From: an uncultured virus (IMG/VR IMGVR_UViG_3300023371_000086)
Lineage: Duplodnaviria; Heunggongvirae; Uroviricota; Caudoviricetes
Length of the DNA stretch: 64,000 nucleotides
Virus record (IMG/VR): IMGVR_UViG_3300023371_000086
Reading direction: 5' to 3' (one strand)
Positions 47,780-57,704 of the stretch are shown here, piece after piece. The position numbers and the translations under genes are program-made. Under the pieces are notes generated by a model. That model had not been told where the DNA came from, made no database searches, and saw only the letters and a list, made by a program, of their open reading frames with translations. How positions within the stretch are numbered: the first letter of the stretch is position 1; every line of letters starts with the position of its first letter.

Positions 47780-48183
47780 CGTATCACTATCTTTGCTTTA
47801 TCATCAACTCCTAACATTCTTATAGCATGCTGTAACTCATGCACATAGAGGCTATAGATATTGATACGTCCAAACATAGGATACTCAAGGACTATGTGCG
47901 TGTCATCTTCTTTTTTGAGAGTGAATCCCAATCCTACACCATTAAGCTCAATGCTCTTGTTTATAACTATGGGATTGAGGTACGGAAACATATGCACAAA
48001 TTCTATTTCAATAGGCTGACACTCTTTAACAGTGCATTCGTAACCTCCATTCATGTAATCATTGTCTGCTCTGACCATAAGGTCGCCAGTCTCATTGATG
48101 TATTCAACCTTGGCATACACCAGGCCGAGTTCTTCGTGTGTGACTCCTATGATGTCACCTATCATCAGTTCTTTTGTTGTCAT
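47776..48183 (-). CDS. Hypothetical protein
   Basis: ELMIGD...YVHELQHA. Confidence 0.75.
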   Translation of the reverse strand: MTTKELMIGDIIGVTHEELGLVYAKVEYINETGDLMVRADNDYMNGGYECTVKECQPIEIEFVHMFPYLNPIVINKSIELNGVGLGFTLKKEDDTHIVLEYPMFGRINIYSLYVHELQHAIRMLGVDDKAKIVIR

Positions 48184-48563
48184 AATCTTTTACCTAATAC
48201 TATATTGAATACTGTTTCATTACGTGGTGCACCTGCGTGTGGATACATGCCATATCCGAAATACATTCCAGATATCTCAAACAACATAGATGTCTTGGTA
48301 TAGCCTCGTCTGAATCTAACAGCATCGTAGTCTTTAAACTTTAATTCTCCACTTAATAAGCCTGCTGTAATAGCATTAGGAACATCAGCAAAGTATTGTG
48401 CAGTTAGATTATCTATTTCAATATGCTTACCGGCAGAGGTGTCATATTGGAGCATCAGTCTTTTTATCCAATGTGGGATAGCCTTTCGGTATTCAACAGG
48501 CTTTTGGCCTATTTCTATCATGTCGTACCACTTGTGCATCAGCACTAAATCTAGAATTTTCAT
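48180..48563 (-). CDS. ASCH-domain protein
   Basis: L.L..KWYDMIEIGQKPVEYR...F.RGY. Confidence 0.8.
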   Translation of the reverse strand: MKILDLVLMHKWYDMIEIGQKPVEYRKAIPHWIKRLMLQYDTSAGKHIEIDNLTAQYFADVPNAITAGLLSGELKFKDYDAVRFRRGYTKTSMLFEISGMYFGYGMYPHAGAPRNETVFNIVLGKRL

Positions 48564-48802
48564 AGCTGTTCCTCCTCTAAAAACCGATTTAAACTACCTA
48601 TCATTTGTCCTTTACCTTTCTTTCTAAGCCACTCTTCTACTTTTTCAAGCATAGTATCATCAGCCCACCTGATTATATTACCTACTGTTCTTATCATTTC
48701 TCTTTCGTCAATGAAGATATCTCCATCATTCCAAGGAATATCTATTCCTCTCTTTGAAGCATATTCCTGTGCTTCTTCGAAACTCATGTTGTAATTTCCC
48801 AT
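48560..48802 (-). CDS. Hypothetical protein
   Basis: 80 aa; RWADDTMLEK resembles 41660-41911. Confidence 0.7.
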   Translation of the reverse strand: MGNYNMSFEEAQEYASKRGIDIPWNDGDIFIDEREMIRTVGNIIRWADDTMLEKVEEWLRKKGKGQMIGSLNRFLEEEQL

Positions 48803-48805
48803 AAC

Positions 48806-49162
48806 TTATTCCGGGTTACTTATTGGTGCGTTCAAATATTTAAGCACGACATCGTTGTAGAACGACAATGCACTCTGTGCTCTTTTGTGAGCTTCGGCAA
48901 TTACCTGCTCTCTCTTTATAGCTTGCTCAAGTCTTGCTTCTTCAAGATCGAACCACAAACAAACACTTGTACTTTGTTTGAAATACGCTTTTGTGTCTCC
49001 TTCTTCGCATTCATATCCATCGCCATACCTATCCTCGTTGATGATAAATTTACTTTTACCTTCAACTTCTTTCTTACGGATACTTCTAATGACTACCTTT
49101 TCAATCTTATCTTCATTGACCTTGTAGACCACTGACGAATAACTTAATTCTTCTACTTTCAT
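48806..49162 (-). CDS. Hypothetical protein
   Basis: 118 aa; AGTAAGTT-ATG. Confidence 0.7.
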   Translation of the reverse strand: MKVEELSYSSVVYKVNEDKIEKVVIRSIRKKEVEGKSKFIINEDRYGDGYECEEGDTKAYFKQSTSVCLWFDLEEARLEQAIKREQVIAEAHKRAQSALSFYNDVVLKYLNAPISNPE

Positions 49163-49178
49163 AACTTACTTTATTAGA

Positions 49179-49514
49179 TTAGCACAATATATTCTCTCTT
49201 TCATCTTCATCATTCCTTGAATAGTCCGGATCGATAAACGAAAGGTTTACAAACTTCCAAATATCTTCCGGATTCTTCTCATACAATCCGCTATCATCAT
49301 TCAACCATGCTGAATTCCAGGCACCAACACCAATACCATGTGTGGCTACTTTATACCAGTACCTTTGTCCGTTATCGTAGTCTATTCTTTGAGCTTTGAC
49401 TACAAGCCTTTCCATACGGTCATATATTGGCTTATAATCAGCGAAGCATACAAGCTGATAGCCTTGATCCAGTAGCTCCCTGAATCTTCCATAATCCTTA
49501 CTTACCTTGTACAT
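49179..49514 (-). CDS. Hypothetical protein
   Basis: 111 aa; AGTAAGTT-ATG. Confidence 0.7.
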   Translation of the reverse strand: MYKVSKDYGRFRELLDQGYQLVCFADYKPIYDRMERLVVKAQRIDYDNGQRYWYKVATHGIGVGAWNSAWLNDDSGLYEKNPEDIWKFVNLSFIDPDYSRNDEDERENILC

Positions 49515-49526
49515 AACTTACTTTTC

Positions 49527-49841
49527 TTATAATCCTAAAAACATTCTGATTTGCTGTGCTCTTGTTTCCGGGACTTCCCATCCTGCGTCATTGATGCTTT
49601 CTCTTACGAAGTCCATCACCATTTCATCGTCCCATCCGTCATCCTGGTCATATAATTCAGCACAGTATTCCTCTACAACATCGTAACAGTCTTCATCCAG
49701 GTCCATCGAAAAGAATCCATCAGGGCCGGAACCAACATAGTGCGTGTACTGAGCACCTTTCTTAATCTTCTCTCCGCACAGGTAGCATGTATGCTCCTTT
49801 CTTGCAGATCGAATCTTTCTTATCTTGTAAAAATTTGACAT
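49527..49841 (-). CDS. Zinc-ribbon hypothetical protein
   Basis: ARKEHTCYLCGEKIKKG..Y. Confidence 0.7.
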   Translation of the reverse strand: MSNFYKIRKIRSARKEHTCYLCGEKIKKGAQYTHYVGSGPDGFFSMDLDEDCYDVVEEYCAELYDQDDGWDDEMVMDFVRESINDAGWEVPETRAQQIRMFLGL

Positions 49842-49843
49842 GG

Positions 49844-50062
49844 CTACAGTTCTTTTAATTCTTCTTCAAGCCTACTTATCTCACTTTTGAAAAAGTCAAT
49901 CATTACCTCTCTCAAACCTTCATCAAAAGACAGATTGGTTATATCGAGCATTCCTCTTTCTAAGAATATTTTACACTGTGCCTCAAGGTCTTTTTTAGCT
50001 CTCTCACAGTGCTTGATGTCATCGTCTATTTTTTGAGCTTTTTTGAATGTTTCTCTATCCAT
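49844..50062 (-). CDS. Hypothetical coiled-coil protein
   Basis: 72 aa. Confidence 0.7.
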   Translation of the reverse strand: MDRETFKKAQKIDDDIKHCERAKKDLEAQCKIFLERGMLDITNLSFDEGLREVMIDFFKSEISRLEEELKEL

Positions 50063-50067
50063 GGCTA

Positions 50068-50334
50068 TTACTCCTCAAACATATCTTTAATCTCATCTTC
50101 TGACAAATCCATAAACGAAAGAACAGTATCAAAGTTCTCTATACAAATATGCATTGCATCTGCATACATAGGAATACTGCCATGTTCTGCTTCATAGCTG
50201 TCGTCAATGTTCTGATAGACAAACTCCAACAGCTCTTGTATGTTACAGAGAAGCACATAAATGATTAAACTGTCGTTTTCCCAGTGATACTCATCTATCA
50301 AATCACAGATGGACTTCTTTTCTCTAAATTTCAT
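50068..50334 (-). CDS. Acidic hypothetical protein
   Basis: 88 aa. Confidence 0.7.
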   Translation of the reverse strand: MKFREKKSICDLIDEYHWENDSLIIYVLLCNIQELLEFVYQNIDDSYEAEHGSIPMYADAMHICIENFDTVLSFMDLSEDEIKDMFEE

Positions 50335-50488
50335 AACTATTCTCTCTTAAAACTTTCCATAAAATTCATCAACACCCAATTATGCAGGTTACAGATGAAT
50401 CCGAAAATATGCATCAACAACCACTGCAAAGGGGCTGTAATCAAGAACAACATTAAAAACATTGGTCCTGTAATAATTTTGTGCGGTT

Positions 50489-50833
50489 TCATACCAAATA
50501 CTCATTGTTAAATTTTCCTTGTTTAACTTGAAATTCAATTCTTCCAATAAGCATGTCGTAAGCATTTCCAAGATAAACTGGTACAATATCTTCTTTCCAA
50601 TTACCGTAAGCAAGCTCAATCAGCCTGTGCAGACTCCAAGCAGGGAGAACATCCGGAAACACCCTAAAATAATCTTCAGCAAAAACAGGCAAGGCTTTAG
50701 GATGATAGTATTTCCGCAACTCTCCAGCCATATGAACCATGTCTGCTGTTTCCTTTTTCAAGCCTAATGCAATCAGACGTTCGCTCTGCTCAACATCTGT
50801 ACATATCTGAGAAAAGAACATCATATCTAACAA
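50489..50833 (-). CDS. Hypothetical protein (paralog of 41908-42258)
   Basis: Shared motifs and C-terminal F N.EYLV. Confidence 0.75.
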   Translation of the reverse strand: MLDMMFFSQICTDVEQSERLIALGLKKETADMVHMAGELRKYYHPKALPVFAEDYFRVFPDVLPAWSLHRLIELAYGNWKEDIVPVYLGNAYDMLIGRIEFQVKQGKFNNEYLV

Positions 50834-51141
50834 CCTTTTACTTGTGGACTTTTCATGATCGAATCAATCTCTGCAATATCCTTCTTCAATTCAGCAAGCA
50901 AAGTATTGTATGCAGAAATGGCTTCTGCCATCACTTCCACTGCTATTGAAAGGTCTCCAGGGAACTTTGCTTCAAGCTCTACCTTTGCAGGTGCGGCTGT
51001 ACCTCTTGTGCTCTTTTCAAAGGTTATCTTGTACCCTCCGAAGGTTGATATATCTTCCAACTTTCCAATGGTATCTTCTATCCTACGTATTTCAGCATTT
51101 GTTTTGTGCCATCTACGGCTGATTTCATTTACTTTTTCCAT
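50827..51141 (-). CDS. Hypothetical protein
   Basis: 104 aa; AGTAAGTT-ATG. Confidence 0.7.
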   Translation of the reverse strand: MEKVNEISRRWHKTNAEIRRIEDTIGKLEDISTFGGYKITFEKSTRGTAAPAKVELEAKFPGDLSIAVEVMAEAISAYNTLLAELKKDIAEIDSIMKSPQVKGC

Positions 51142-51144
51142 AAC

Positions 51145-51465
51145 TTACTCTATTGATTTGTTTAGCTGTAATCCAACAACGTTGAATCCTTTTCTTATAT
51201 ACCATTCACTGAGCCATCCTACAGAATCGCACCTCAGTTCAATATTGGTACATCCGTTTTCCTTAGCCACACTTGTGCAGTAATCAAGTATTTCGTTTCC
51301 CCTGCCCTGCTGTCTTACTTCTTCAAGGACGTGCAAATCCGTCAGATAAGCTGTCTTCTCTTCATCCTTGTAGATGTGGATTCTGCATACAGACTTCTTG
51401 TCTTCTGCCAATACAAGAATCTCTTTTCTGTCATCCCAGTGAAGCTCTATGTTTGAATAATTCAT
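51145..51465 (-). CDS. GNAT acetyltransferase
   Basis: LHV..EVRQQGRG (motif A), WYIRKGF (motif B). Confidence 0.85.
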   Translation of the reverse strand: MNYSNIELHWDDRKEILVLAEDKKSVCRIHIYKDEEKTAYLTDLHVLEEVRQQGRGNEILDYCTSVAKENGCTNIELRCDSVGWLSEWYIRKGFNVVGLQLNKSIE

Positions 51466-51473
51466 AACTTACT

Positions 51474-51752
51474 TCATTTTTTATATCCGCCTAAATCCAC
51501 AGTATCAAGATCTATAGAAACGCAATAATCTTCTTTCATATAACCATTTGTAAAGCTAATGCGTACGTAAGGATCATCTGTTACTTTTCCGAAAAACCCA
51601 TTACCGCCTATAATAATTTGAATGCTTTCACCTTTAAGAGGGACTCTTTGTAATTCAAATACAGCTTCATCAATAAATTGGCTAATAGCACGTCTTTTTT
51701 CAATAGGATACCTTTCGCGGTAACATTCATCAACAAAAATTACAACTTCCAT
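51474..51752 (-). CDS. Hypothetical protein
   Basis: 92 aa. Confidence 0.65.
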   Translation of the reverse strand: MEVVIFVDECYRERYPIEKRRAISQFIDEAVFELQRVPLKGESIQIIIGGNGFFGKVTDDPYVRISFTNGYMKEDYCVSIDLDTVDLGGYKK

Positions 51753-52594
51753 TATTCCTCCTCCTTTGGCTTGTTGTAGGCTTCTGTGAACTCAAGTCCT
51801 ATAACTCCTGCACAGTTAACCTTTGTGGCTGAAATCACGTTAATCTTCATACTCTCCTGGGCTATGTAGGAATCCACAACACCAAGTCCGTTTTCATCCG
51901 ACTTCTGTGCTATCTTCTCACGGACATGCTTCTCAATCTTCAACTTGGCATCCTCCACATCCTTTGCGTAAATCAAGAACCGGTACGACCTTTCGTTGTC
52001 TTCTCCAAGAGTCACATTCGCTTCAATCGAATAGAACATGTAGACATACACTTTCTCCTCGTTCACTTCGTTCTCTGGCTTTTCCACGCCTTTATCCTCG
52101 ACTAATTTCACTGTATCATCGAAGATGAAGATGTGGTCCTTGTACTCCTTTGCTGACGTTAGAGAGAAGTTTATGTCACAATGAAGCTCTAGGTAATCCT
52201 CTGCAATCTCAAGAGCCTGGAAGATGTTTCTTGCGAACAGCAGATACTTGTGCTTCTTCGTCAGCTTTGCTGTGACACACCAAGGCTGAACGCCCCAACC
52301 TGTAGCGAAGACTCCACACCTTTTCTGATCGGAAACTGTCACCTCTGTAACGTCTCCTGCCTGGAGGTGGAAGTTTATCACTGCTAGCTGATCATGCAGC
52401 AGGTGTGTTCCTTTCTCCAAGACCATTTCATTACGTTCAACTTGGATTATTTCTCCAGAATCTTCATCAAGGAAGTTCTCATACCACTTACGGAAAAGCG
52501 GCTTTACAAGATACTTCCCATACATTTCATCAGTATTGGATGTGGTCATTATGACCTCATTCTTTTTTGTCTGAATCTTTTTGTTCTCTTTCAT
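51752..52594 (-). CDS. Protein with an N-terminal RNA polymerase beta-insert-like domain and tandem DUF4494-like domains
   Basis: GKYL...W.ENFLDEDSGEIIQVERNE resembles Bacteroidetes RpoB GRKL...[20 protein letters not shown] (from memory). Confidence 0.6.
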   Translation of the reverse strand: MKENKKIQTKKNEVIMTTSNTDEMYGKYLVKPLFRKWYENFLDEDSGEIIQVERNEMVLEKGTHLLHDQLAVINFHLQAGDVTEVTVSDQKRCGVFATGWGVQPWCVTAKLTKKHKYLLFARNIFQALEIAEDYLELHCDINFSLTSAKEYKDHIFIFDDTVKLVEDKGVEKPENEVNEEKVYVYMFYSIEANVTLGEDNERSYRFLIYAKDVEDAKLKIEKHVREKIAQKSDENGLGVVDSYIAQESMKINVISATKVNCAGVIGLEFTEAYNKPKEEE

Positions 52595-52799
52595 ATTCTT
52601 TCAATCTTACTTTTTCAATTTTCTCAACTTTGGCATAATCCCTAACTATTCTTTTTGCCAGTCTTACTGCCATCTTTTCGTCTATGTCATTAAACTGCCA
52701 ATCCGAAATATGGGCTTCTGCCATTCTAATAACTTTTTTCAATGCCTCTATACCTTCCTTCGATATAGTCACCTTGCACATTATCACTTTCGGCTTCAT
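52557..52799 (-). CDS. Hypothetical protein
   Basis: Start revised to MKPKVIM. Confidence 0.6.
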   Translation of the reverse strand: MKPKVIMCKVTISKEGIEALKKVIRMAEAHISDWQFNDIDEKMAVRLAKRIVRDYAKVEKIEKVRLKEYEREQKDSDKKE

Positions 52800-52801
52800 G
52801 T

Positions 52802-53731
52802 CTAATATGGGGGTTGAAATGATATCTGAACTCCTCTGCTCCACTTGTTCATGAAAGGAGCCAATATATCCATGTTCTGCTTTAGGAAAGCTGCAACATC
52901 TGACTTGCAATAAACAACTGGCGTTCCTCCTCTCCATCCTCCGTCTGCCTTTTCATCAAGCATCTTCATGGCTGTATCCGGCTGCGACCTTTTCACTGCA
53001 TCATACACCGACTTCCACATCTTGAGGAAATCTGCAGAACATCTGTCTCCAGCCTCCTGCGGCTTCCACTGCATTGCAAGTCCTAATCTCTCCTCTACTG
53101 TCGACCATACCTTTCCACTCTTACCTGTCCACTTGTGCGATTCGTTGTGGCCGAAGAACCTTTCTGCTTCTTGTCTAGGATTCTTGATATTCCTAAAAAA
53201 GATACATTCGTAATAAACTTCTTGTTGTTGTTCCTCGCGCACGTGTGCGTGCGTATTATTAACAATAACAATACTATTACTATCCTCTCCTATCCTATCC
53301 GGCGTCGAGTTCCCTGCGTGACCACGTGGGGTGCTCGTAGTGGTCTCTACGTGGTCTCCTGTAGAGTTCGATTTTATGCCCAAAACCTTATCTACAACCT
53401 CTTCCGGAACCACCCTCTTGAAGTATCTTTTATCAACAACCTGATGGTCTGCGAATGTTCTTACGACATAATAGTTATCTCTGCTGTGCGTGAAAGGAAT
53501 AATCATCTTAAGTTCCTCAAGCTTCTTCAACCATGCCTTGACTTCTGAAACTTTCAGATCATCATCGTATGGGAAAATCCTTGACTTGAGAAAAGACGGA
53601 TTGGCATTGAAGACACCCTGGTCATCTGCGAATGTCCAGCAACCGATATAGAACAGCCTACACTCCATAGGCAGTGATGCTATATGCTCGTCATCCCAAA
53701 ACTCAGGCTTTATGCTTCTTATTCTTGCCAT
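52802..53731 (-). CDS. Replication initiator protein
   Basis: MARIRSIKPEFWDDE...RLFYIG.W..ADD.G N-terminus; low-complexity linker with short repeats. Confidence 0.8.
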   Translation of the reverse strand: MARIRSIKPEFWDDEHIASLPMECRLFYIGCWTFADDQGVFNANPSFLKSRIFPYDDDLKVSEVKAWLKKLEELKMIIPFTHSRDNYYVVRTFADHQVVDKRYFKRVVPEEVVDKVLGIKSNSTGDHVETTTSTPRGHAGNSTPDRIGEDSNSIVIVNNTHAHVREEQQQEVYYECIFFRNIKNPRQEAERFFGHNESHKWTGKSGKVWSTVEERLGLAMQWKPQEAGDRCSADFLKMWKSVYDAVKRSQPDTAMKMLDEKADGGWRGGTPVVYCKSDVAAFLKQNMDILAPFMNKWSRGVQISFQPPY

Positions 53732-53743
53732 TCTTAATCAATT

Positions 53744-54139
53744 CTAATATCCGGAACGTGTCAGCTTTAACTGTTCCTTGCTGAACGAAATCTGTGTTCT
53801 CATGTTCTCACCGATGTGGACCAATGCCCTGTTAAGCCTTTCAATCCAATTAACAAGCATGTTGGCTTCTCCACACATTGATGCTACCATCTTGTTGACT
53901 GCAGATGCAGGCATTCCAGTGAAATCGTATGCCATGTATGCATCGAACAGTGACTTGTCTTGTATCATCTTTGCTTCTGCAAGCATTACCGATGTCCTTG
54001 CCATATAGTGGTTAAGGTCAGTCAGCCTGTCAACAAGCACATTTGCATCATCTGTAGGGCAACTCTGAGCGAACAACTGTATCCTCTCTGCCTCATCGTT
54101 CAGCAGCTTGAATTTCTGTTCATATTCCTGCGGTATCAT
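53744..54139 (-). CDS. Helical hypothetical protein in recombination module
   Basis: 131 aa, coupled to the MBL gene. Confidence 0.7.
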   Translation of the reverse strand: MIPQEYEQKFKLLNDEAERIQLFAQSCPTDDANVLVDRLTDLNHYMARTSVMLAEAKMIQDKSLFDAYMAYDFTGMPASAVNKMVASMCGEANMLVNWIERLNRALVHIGENMRTQISFSKEQLKLTRSGY

Positions 54140-54879
54140 AATGTAATCTCCTTGTTAAAGGACAGCGTAACTCCCTTTCTTGCTACAGTCACCATCTTAC
54201 CTACTGACTCCTCTACTTTCGTCTTGAACATATCCGAATCCGAATTGTTGCTCGATAGATGCAATAGGACAACATTGTTTACCCTTGAAATGTCATTTGC
54301 CTTCAAAGTGGATATTGTGGTTTCAAGCGACATATGAGACTGCTTAATGCGGTCTTTTACGAATGGCTTGATAACTCCTGCTTCAACATTCCTTTCAAGG
54401 ATTCCGTTATCGTAATTGCACTCAATCATTATCTGGGTAAGGTCATCGAACTTGTACTTCAAATAGTATGTATCCGTAGCGAATAGCAAAGTACCTATGG
54501 CTTCATGCTGTATGAGGAATCCTATAGGCTCTGCCGAATCATGCTGAGTATCGAAAGCCATTACTTTGAAGCCTCCAAGCTGATAAGTCTTGAGACATTC
54601 AACAATCCTAGGTCTGATTGGCTTTTTAAACGGCCAATTTTCAACTGTACCATTCGAAGTGAGGGTTGGTATTGCTGCTTCTAGATATTGCTCAATATAA
54701 CGGCAATGATCGCCATGTTCGTGAGTAACCAAAGCACCTACAATCTTCCTCCTGTCGAATCCGACAGCCTCAAGGCATCTGGAGTAAGTGCAACCGCACT
54801 CCAACACCAGTGCCTCTCGGTCATCGTGTAGCACATATCCGTTGGCTCTAGAGCCGCTGTCCAGCACTGTAAGCTTCAT
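54136..54879 (-). CDS. Metallo-beta-lactamase-fold hydrolase (YycJ-like exonuclease)
   Basis: SGSRAN, THEHGDH, HD, TDT, IECNYD, SHMS, LHLS. Confidence 0.9.
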   Translation of the reverse strand: MKLTVLDSGSRANGYVLHDDREALVLECGCTYSRCLEAVGFDRRKIVGALVTHEHGDHCRYIEQYLEAAIPTLTSNGTVENWPFKKPIRPRIVECLKTYQLGGFKVMAFDTQHDSAEPIGFLIQHEAIGTLLFATDTYYLKYKFDDLTQIMIECNYDNGILERNVEAGVIKPFVKDRIKQSHMSLETTISTLKANDISRVNNVVLLHLSSNNSDSDMFKTKVEESVGKMVTVARKGVTLSFNKEITL

Positions 54880-55688
54880 TATTGCATCCAGTCTGGAATG
54901 TCATTACTTGCACCAACAGGAGCTTCTGCGGTTGGAACCGGCTTCACAGTTTCGGCTTGCTTGATTTCAGAAGCATTATTCACAGGCTCCGCACCTGCTG
55001 TGTCAATCTTGATTGTCTTGGCATTGGCTTTCTGCTTGATTTCCTCCTCTACCGACTGAACTCCGTAACCCTGGTCTTCTGCTGTGTCATGAAGCTCCTC
55101 TGCAGTCATGAGTCCCATGCCAATCTCCGGACAGTTTGTCCTCTGCCAAAATGCTGCTGCTCTGTACATGAGCATCTGACCTGGCATTGTCTTCCATTTG
55201 CTTCCGTTCTTGTTGAACCAACCTTCTGCCTTTGCCATTCCGATAGAAACCCACTGTCCGTAAAGTGGCTCCTTCTTGAGCTTGTCATCAGCTTCGTAGG
55301 TGTAGCATCTGCAAGACCAGTCGTCAGCACCCTCCGTTCCTTTCCACTCATATCTGAGCCTTGCATACTGACCGCTTGCATTGATAGTGGCAATCAAAAA
55401 CTTGCTAGACCAGCCTGGATTGCCGTGAACAATGTAGAGATTCTGCATAATCATAAGAGGATTGGCATTCATTCTCATAGCCATGTCCAATGCGATTACA
55501 CAGTTGCCAAGATTACCTTTGTAGGTGTCAGGCACGATTGTGCTCTCAGAATACATCTTGGCCATTCTTTGCTGTGTCTCGAACTGCTTTATCTGCTGTC
55601 CGATTGGAGTGAGTGCGAATGCGGCTGCACTCTGAGCCTTGATGACTTCAATCTGATTGGCAGTCATCTGATTTGTTCCTTCATTCAT
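54879..55688 (-). CDS. Single-strand annealing recombinase (RecT-like)
   Basis: VP..Y.GN..NC.IA...P..MQNLYIVHG.P; W..MP.QML.YRA; GL...EE; acidic tail DIPDW. Confidence 0.8.
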   Translation of the reverse strand: MNEGTNQMTANQIEVIKAQSAAAFALTPIGQQIKQFETQQRMAKMYSESTIVPDTYKGNLGNCVIALDMAMRMNANPLMIMQNLYIVHGNPGWSSKFLIATINASGQYARLRYEWKGTEGADDWSCRCYTYEADDKLKKEPLYGQWVSIGMAKAEGWFNKNGSKWKTMPGQMLMYRAAAFWQRTNCPEIGMGLMTAEELHDTAEDQGYGVQSVEEEIKQKANAKTIKIDTAGAEPVNNASEIKQAETVKPVPTAEAPVGASNDIPDWMQ

Positions 55689-55742
55689 AACTTACTTTTT
55701 TGATTTGCCTTGTAAATATATGCATAAGTGATTGATTGCGAA

Positions 55743-57701
55743 CTACATAACAACAAGTTTTTCACAAGTTTCATCTGCAGTCAAAGTGATAATCTGACCT
55801 ATCGGGTCAATGATTTCGAAAACAGATTCCTTGTTGTCTATGAACATTGGCATCGAAATGCCAAGCCATTTAGAAATTGCGTTCACAACGTCAATACCAG
55901 CATTTACTTTTGCTGCATAGTTGAGATTGCCGGAGTAAGGAACACCATTGACCAACGGCTCACATATTTCCTTTTCTCCATCATTGGTAACATTCCTTTC
56001 GTACATCTGAAACTTTACAAGGCTGAACATTCCGGATACCTTCTCCTCTACAGCGTTGATTCTTTCCTTACCATATCTCTGAATCTCGTGCAGTAAAGCA
56101 TCGTGTTCTGCCAGTCTTGCAGCTACTTCTACAGCCTCCTGCTCCAACTGAGACCTTCTTTCTTCAATCTCCTTGATCCTGGACTCCTCACCCAACATCC
56201 TGAGAACATCCTTCAACCTTGCCTTGAGAGAGAGCTTTTCATTTTCAATCTCAGAATCATCGTAAGCCTTCTGCGACTTATCCTTTTCAATGGAAATCTT
56301 CTCCTTTACAGAAGCCTCCTTTGAAATGAGTGTCATATACTCCCTGCTTGCTTCCTTGAGATTTTCTATAGTAGGTACTGAATCAAGCTTTAAAACAGCT
56401 CTGCTTTCTTCTTCAACCGCCTCTCCTCTGCTTTTCTTGAAAGACACCACCTTCTCATCAATTTCATTCTTCTGTTCCTTAGCCTTGGTCAATGCCTCAG
56501 AAATCTTGTTGCCCTTTTCCCTTACTTCTTTCAGTCTTTCAACCTTTTCTACATTGAATCTTCTGATAAGGTCATTTCTCCTTTCAGCAACAACATCTTC
56601 ATCGAACGGACGGCCACAAGTAGGGCAGGCTGCATCAACTGTATCCTTGAACTCACTTGCATTAACCTTTGTCCATTCCTCTCCACATGCCTTAAGATTC
56701 TTCTGATACTCGTTAATCTCAATATCAAGCATCTGAGACTTTCTTTCCAAAGAGGATATGTCAGCACTGAATGCTCCAATCTTTCTTCCAATGGCTTCTA
56801 TCTGCGACTTGTGCTGATAAACGGCATCCTCCCTTTCCTTGCGGAATGACCTTTCACAGTCCTCTATCTGACTACGTATTTCGTTCAACTGCTTGTTAAG
56901 GTCTGCACATGCATCAAACAAAGTGGCATCTGCATGTCTTTGAAGAACTCCATCAATTTCAGATATTCTCCTTTCAATCCTTTCAGCTTCCGACTTAAGG
57001 GCAGCGAAATCATGTGTAGGTCTCTTTCTCTCATTTTCGTCAATCCTCAAAGGAATGCCGATTCTTGCTTCCTCATCCCTTTTCCTGGCAAACAGAGCTC
57101 TCTGCTTGGAACCATCAACCGACTTTGTTTCCTTGATGTCCTTGAATAATCTTGGATATGCCTCCTCAGTCAAGATGTCCGGCATTTCTCCTGCCATCTG
57201 AACCAATAGCGATCTTGCATCCTTTACCGGCAACGAAAAGAACTGGAAGACCGATGAAATCATACGAAGCTTGTCTGCATCACAGAATGATTCCTTTATC
57301 TTTGCGTTGAAGGCTATTGCAGTGACAGGAACATCATCTATGAAATAGTCAGTGCTATTGCCTTTGAGAACTTCCTTATCAGTACCCTTTGGCTTTGACC
57401 ATTTCTGACTCAAGCACCTCTTGAATACTGTCTCTACTCCATCAACAGAGAATCTGCATGAAACTGTTGTCATCAGCTTCGGAATAGTCTCATTGTTCTG
57501 ATCGACAGGCTGAACCTTGAACGATTCACTACCTTTAGAATCCTTGCCAGTGAGAAGCCATAGATAGGCATCATACACACTGGTCTTACCCGTGCCGTTG
57601 TTTCCACGAATCTGTGTCAACAGGCAATCAATGTCAACCTCAAAGTGGCTTATACCCTTGAAGTTGTCAATGGTCATGTTTCTTAAAAATACTTCCTTCA
57701 T
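55743..57701 (-). CDS. Rad50/SbcC-like ATPase
   Basis: NFKG, Walker A GNNGTGKT, long coiled coil with CPTC hook, FIDNKE. Confidence 0.88.
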   Translation of the reverse strand: MKEVFLRNMTIDNFKGISHFEVDIDCLLTQIRGNNGTGKTSVYDAYLWLLTGKDSKGSESFKVQPVDQNNETIPKLMTTVSCRFSVDGVETVFKRCLSQKWSKPKGTDKEVLKGNSTDYFIDDVPVTAIAFNAKIKESFCDADKLRMISSVFQFFSLPVKDARSLLVQMAGEMPDILTEEAYPRLFKDIKETKSVDGSKQRALFARKRDEEARIGIPLRIDENERKRPTHDFAALKSEAERIERRISEIDGVLQRHADATLFDACADLNKQLNEIRSQIEDCERSFRKEREDAVYQHKSQIEAIGRKIGAFSADISSLERKSQMLDIEINEYQKNLKACGEEWTKVNASEFKDTVDAACPTCGRPFDEDVVAERRNDLIRRFNVEKVERLKEVREKGNKISEALTKAKEQKNEIDEKVVSFKKSRGEAVEEESRAVLKLDSVPTIENLKEASREYMTLISKEASVKEKISIEKDKSQKAYDDSEIENEKLSLKARLKDVLRMLGEESRIKEIEERRSQLEQEAVEVAARLAEHDALLHEIQRYGKERINAVEEKVSGMFSLVKFQMYERNVTNDGEKEICEPLVNGVPYSGNLNYAAKVNAGIDVVNAISKWLGISMPMFIDNKESVFEIIDPIGQIITLTADETCEKLVVM

Positions 57702-57704
57702 AAC

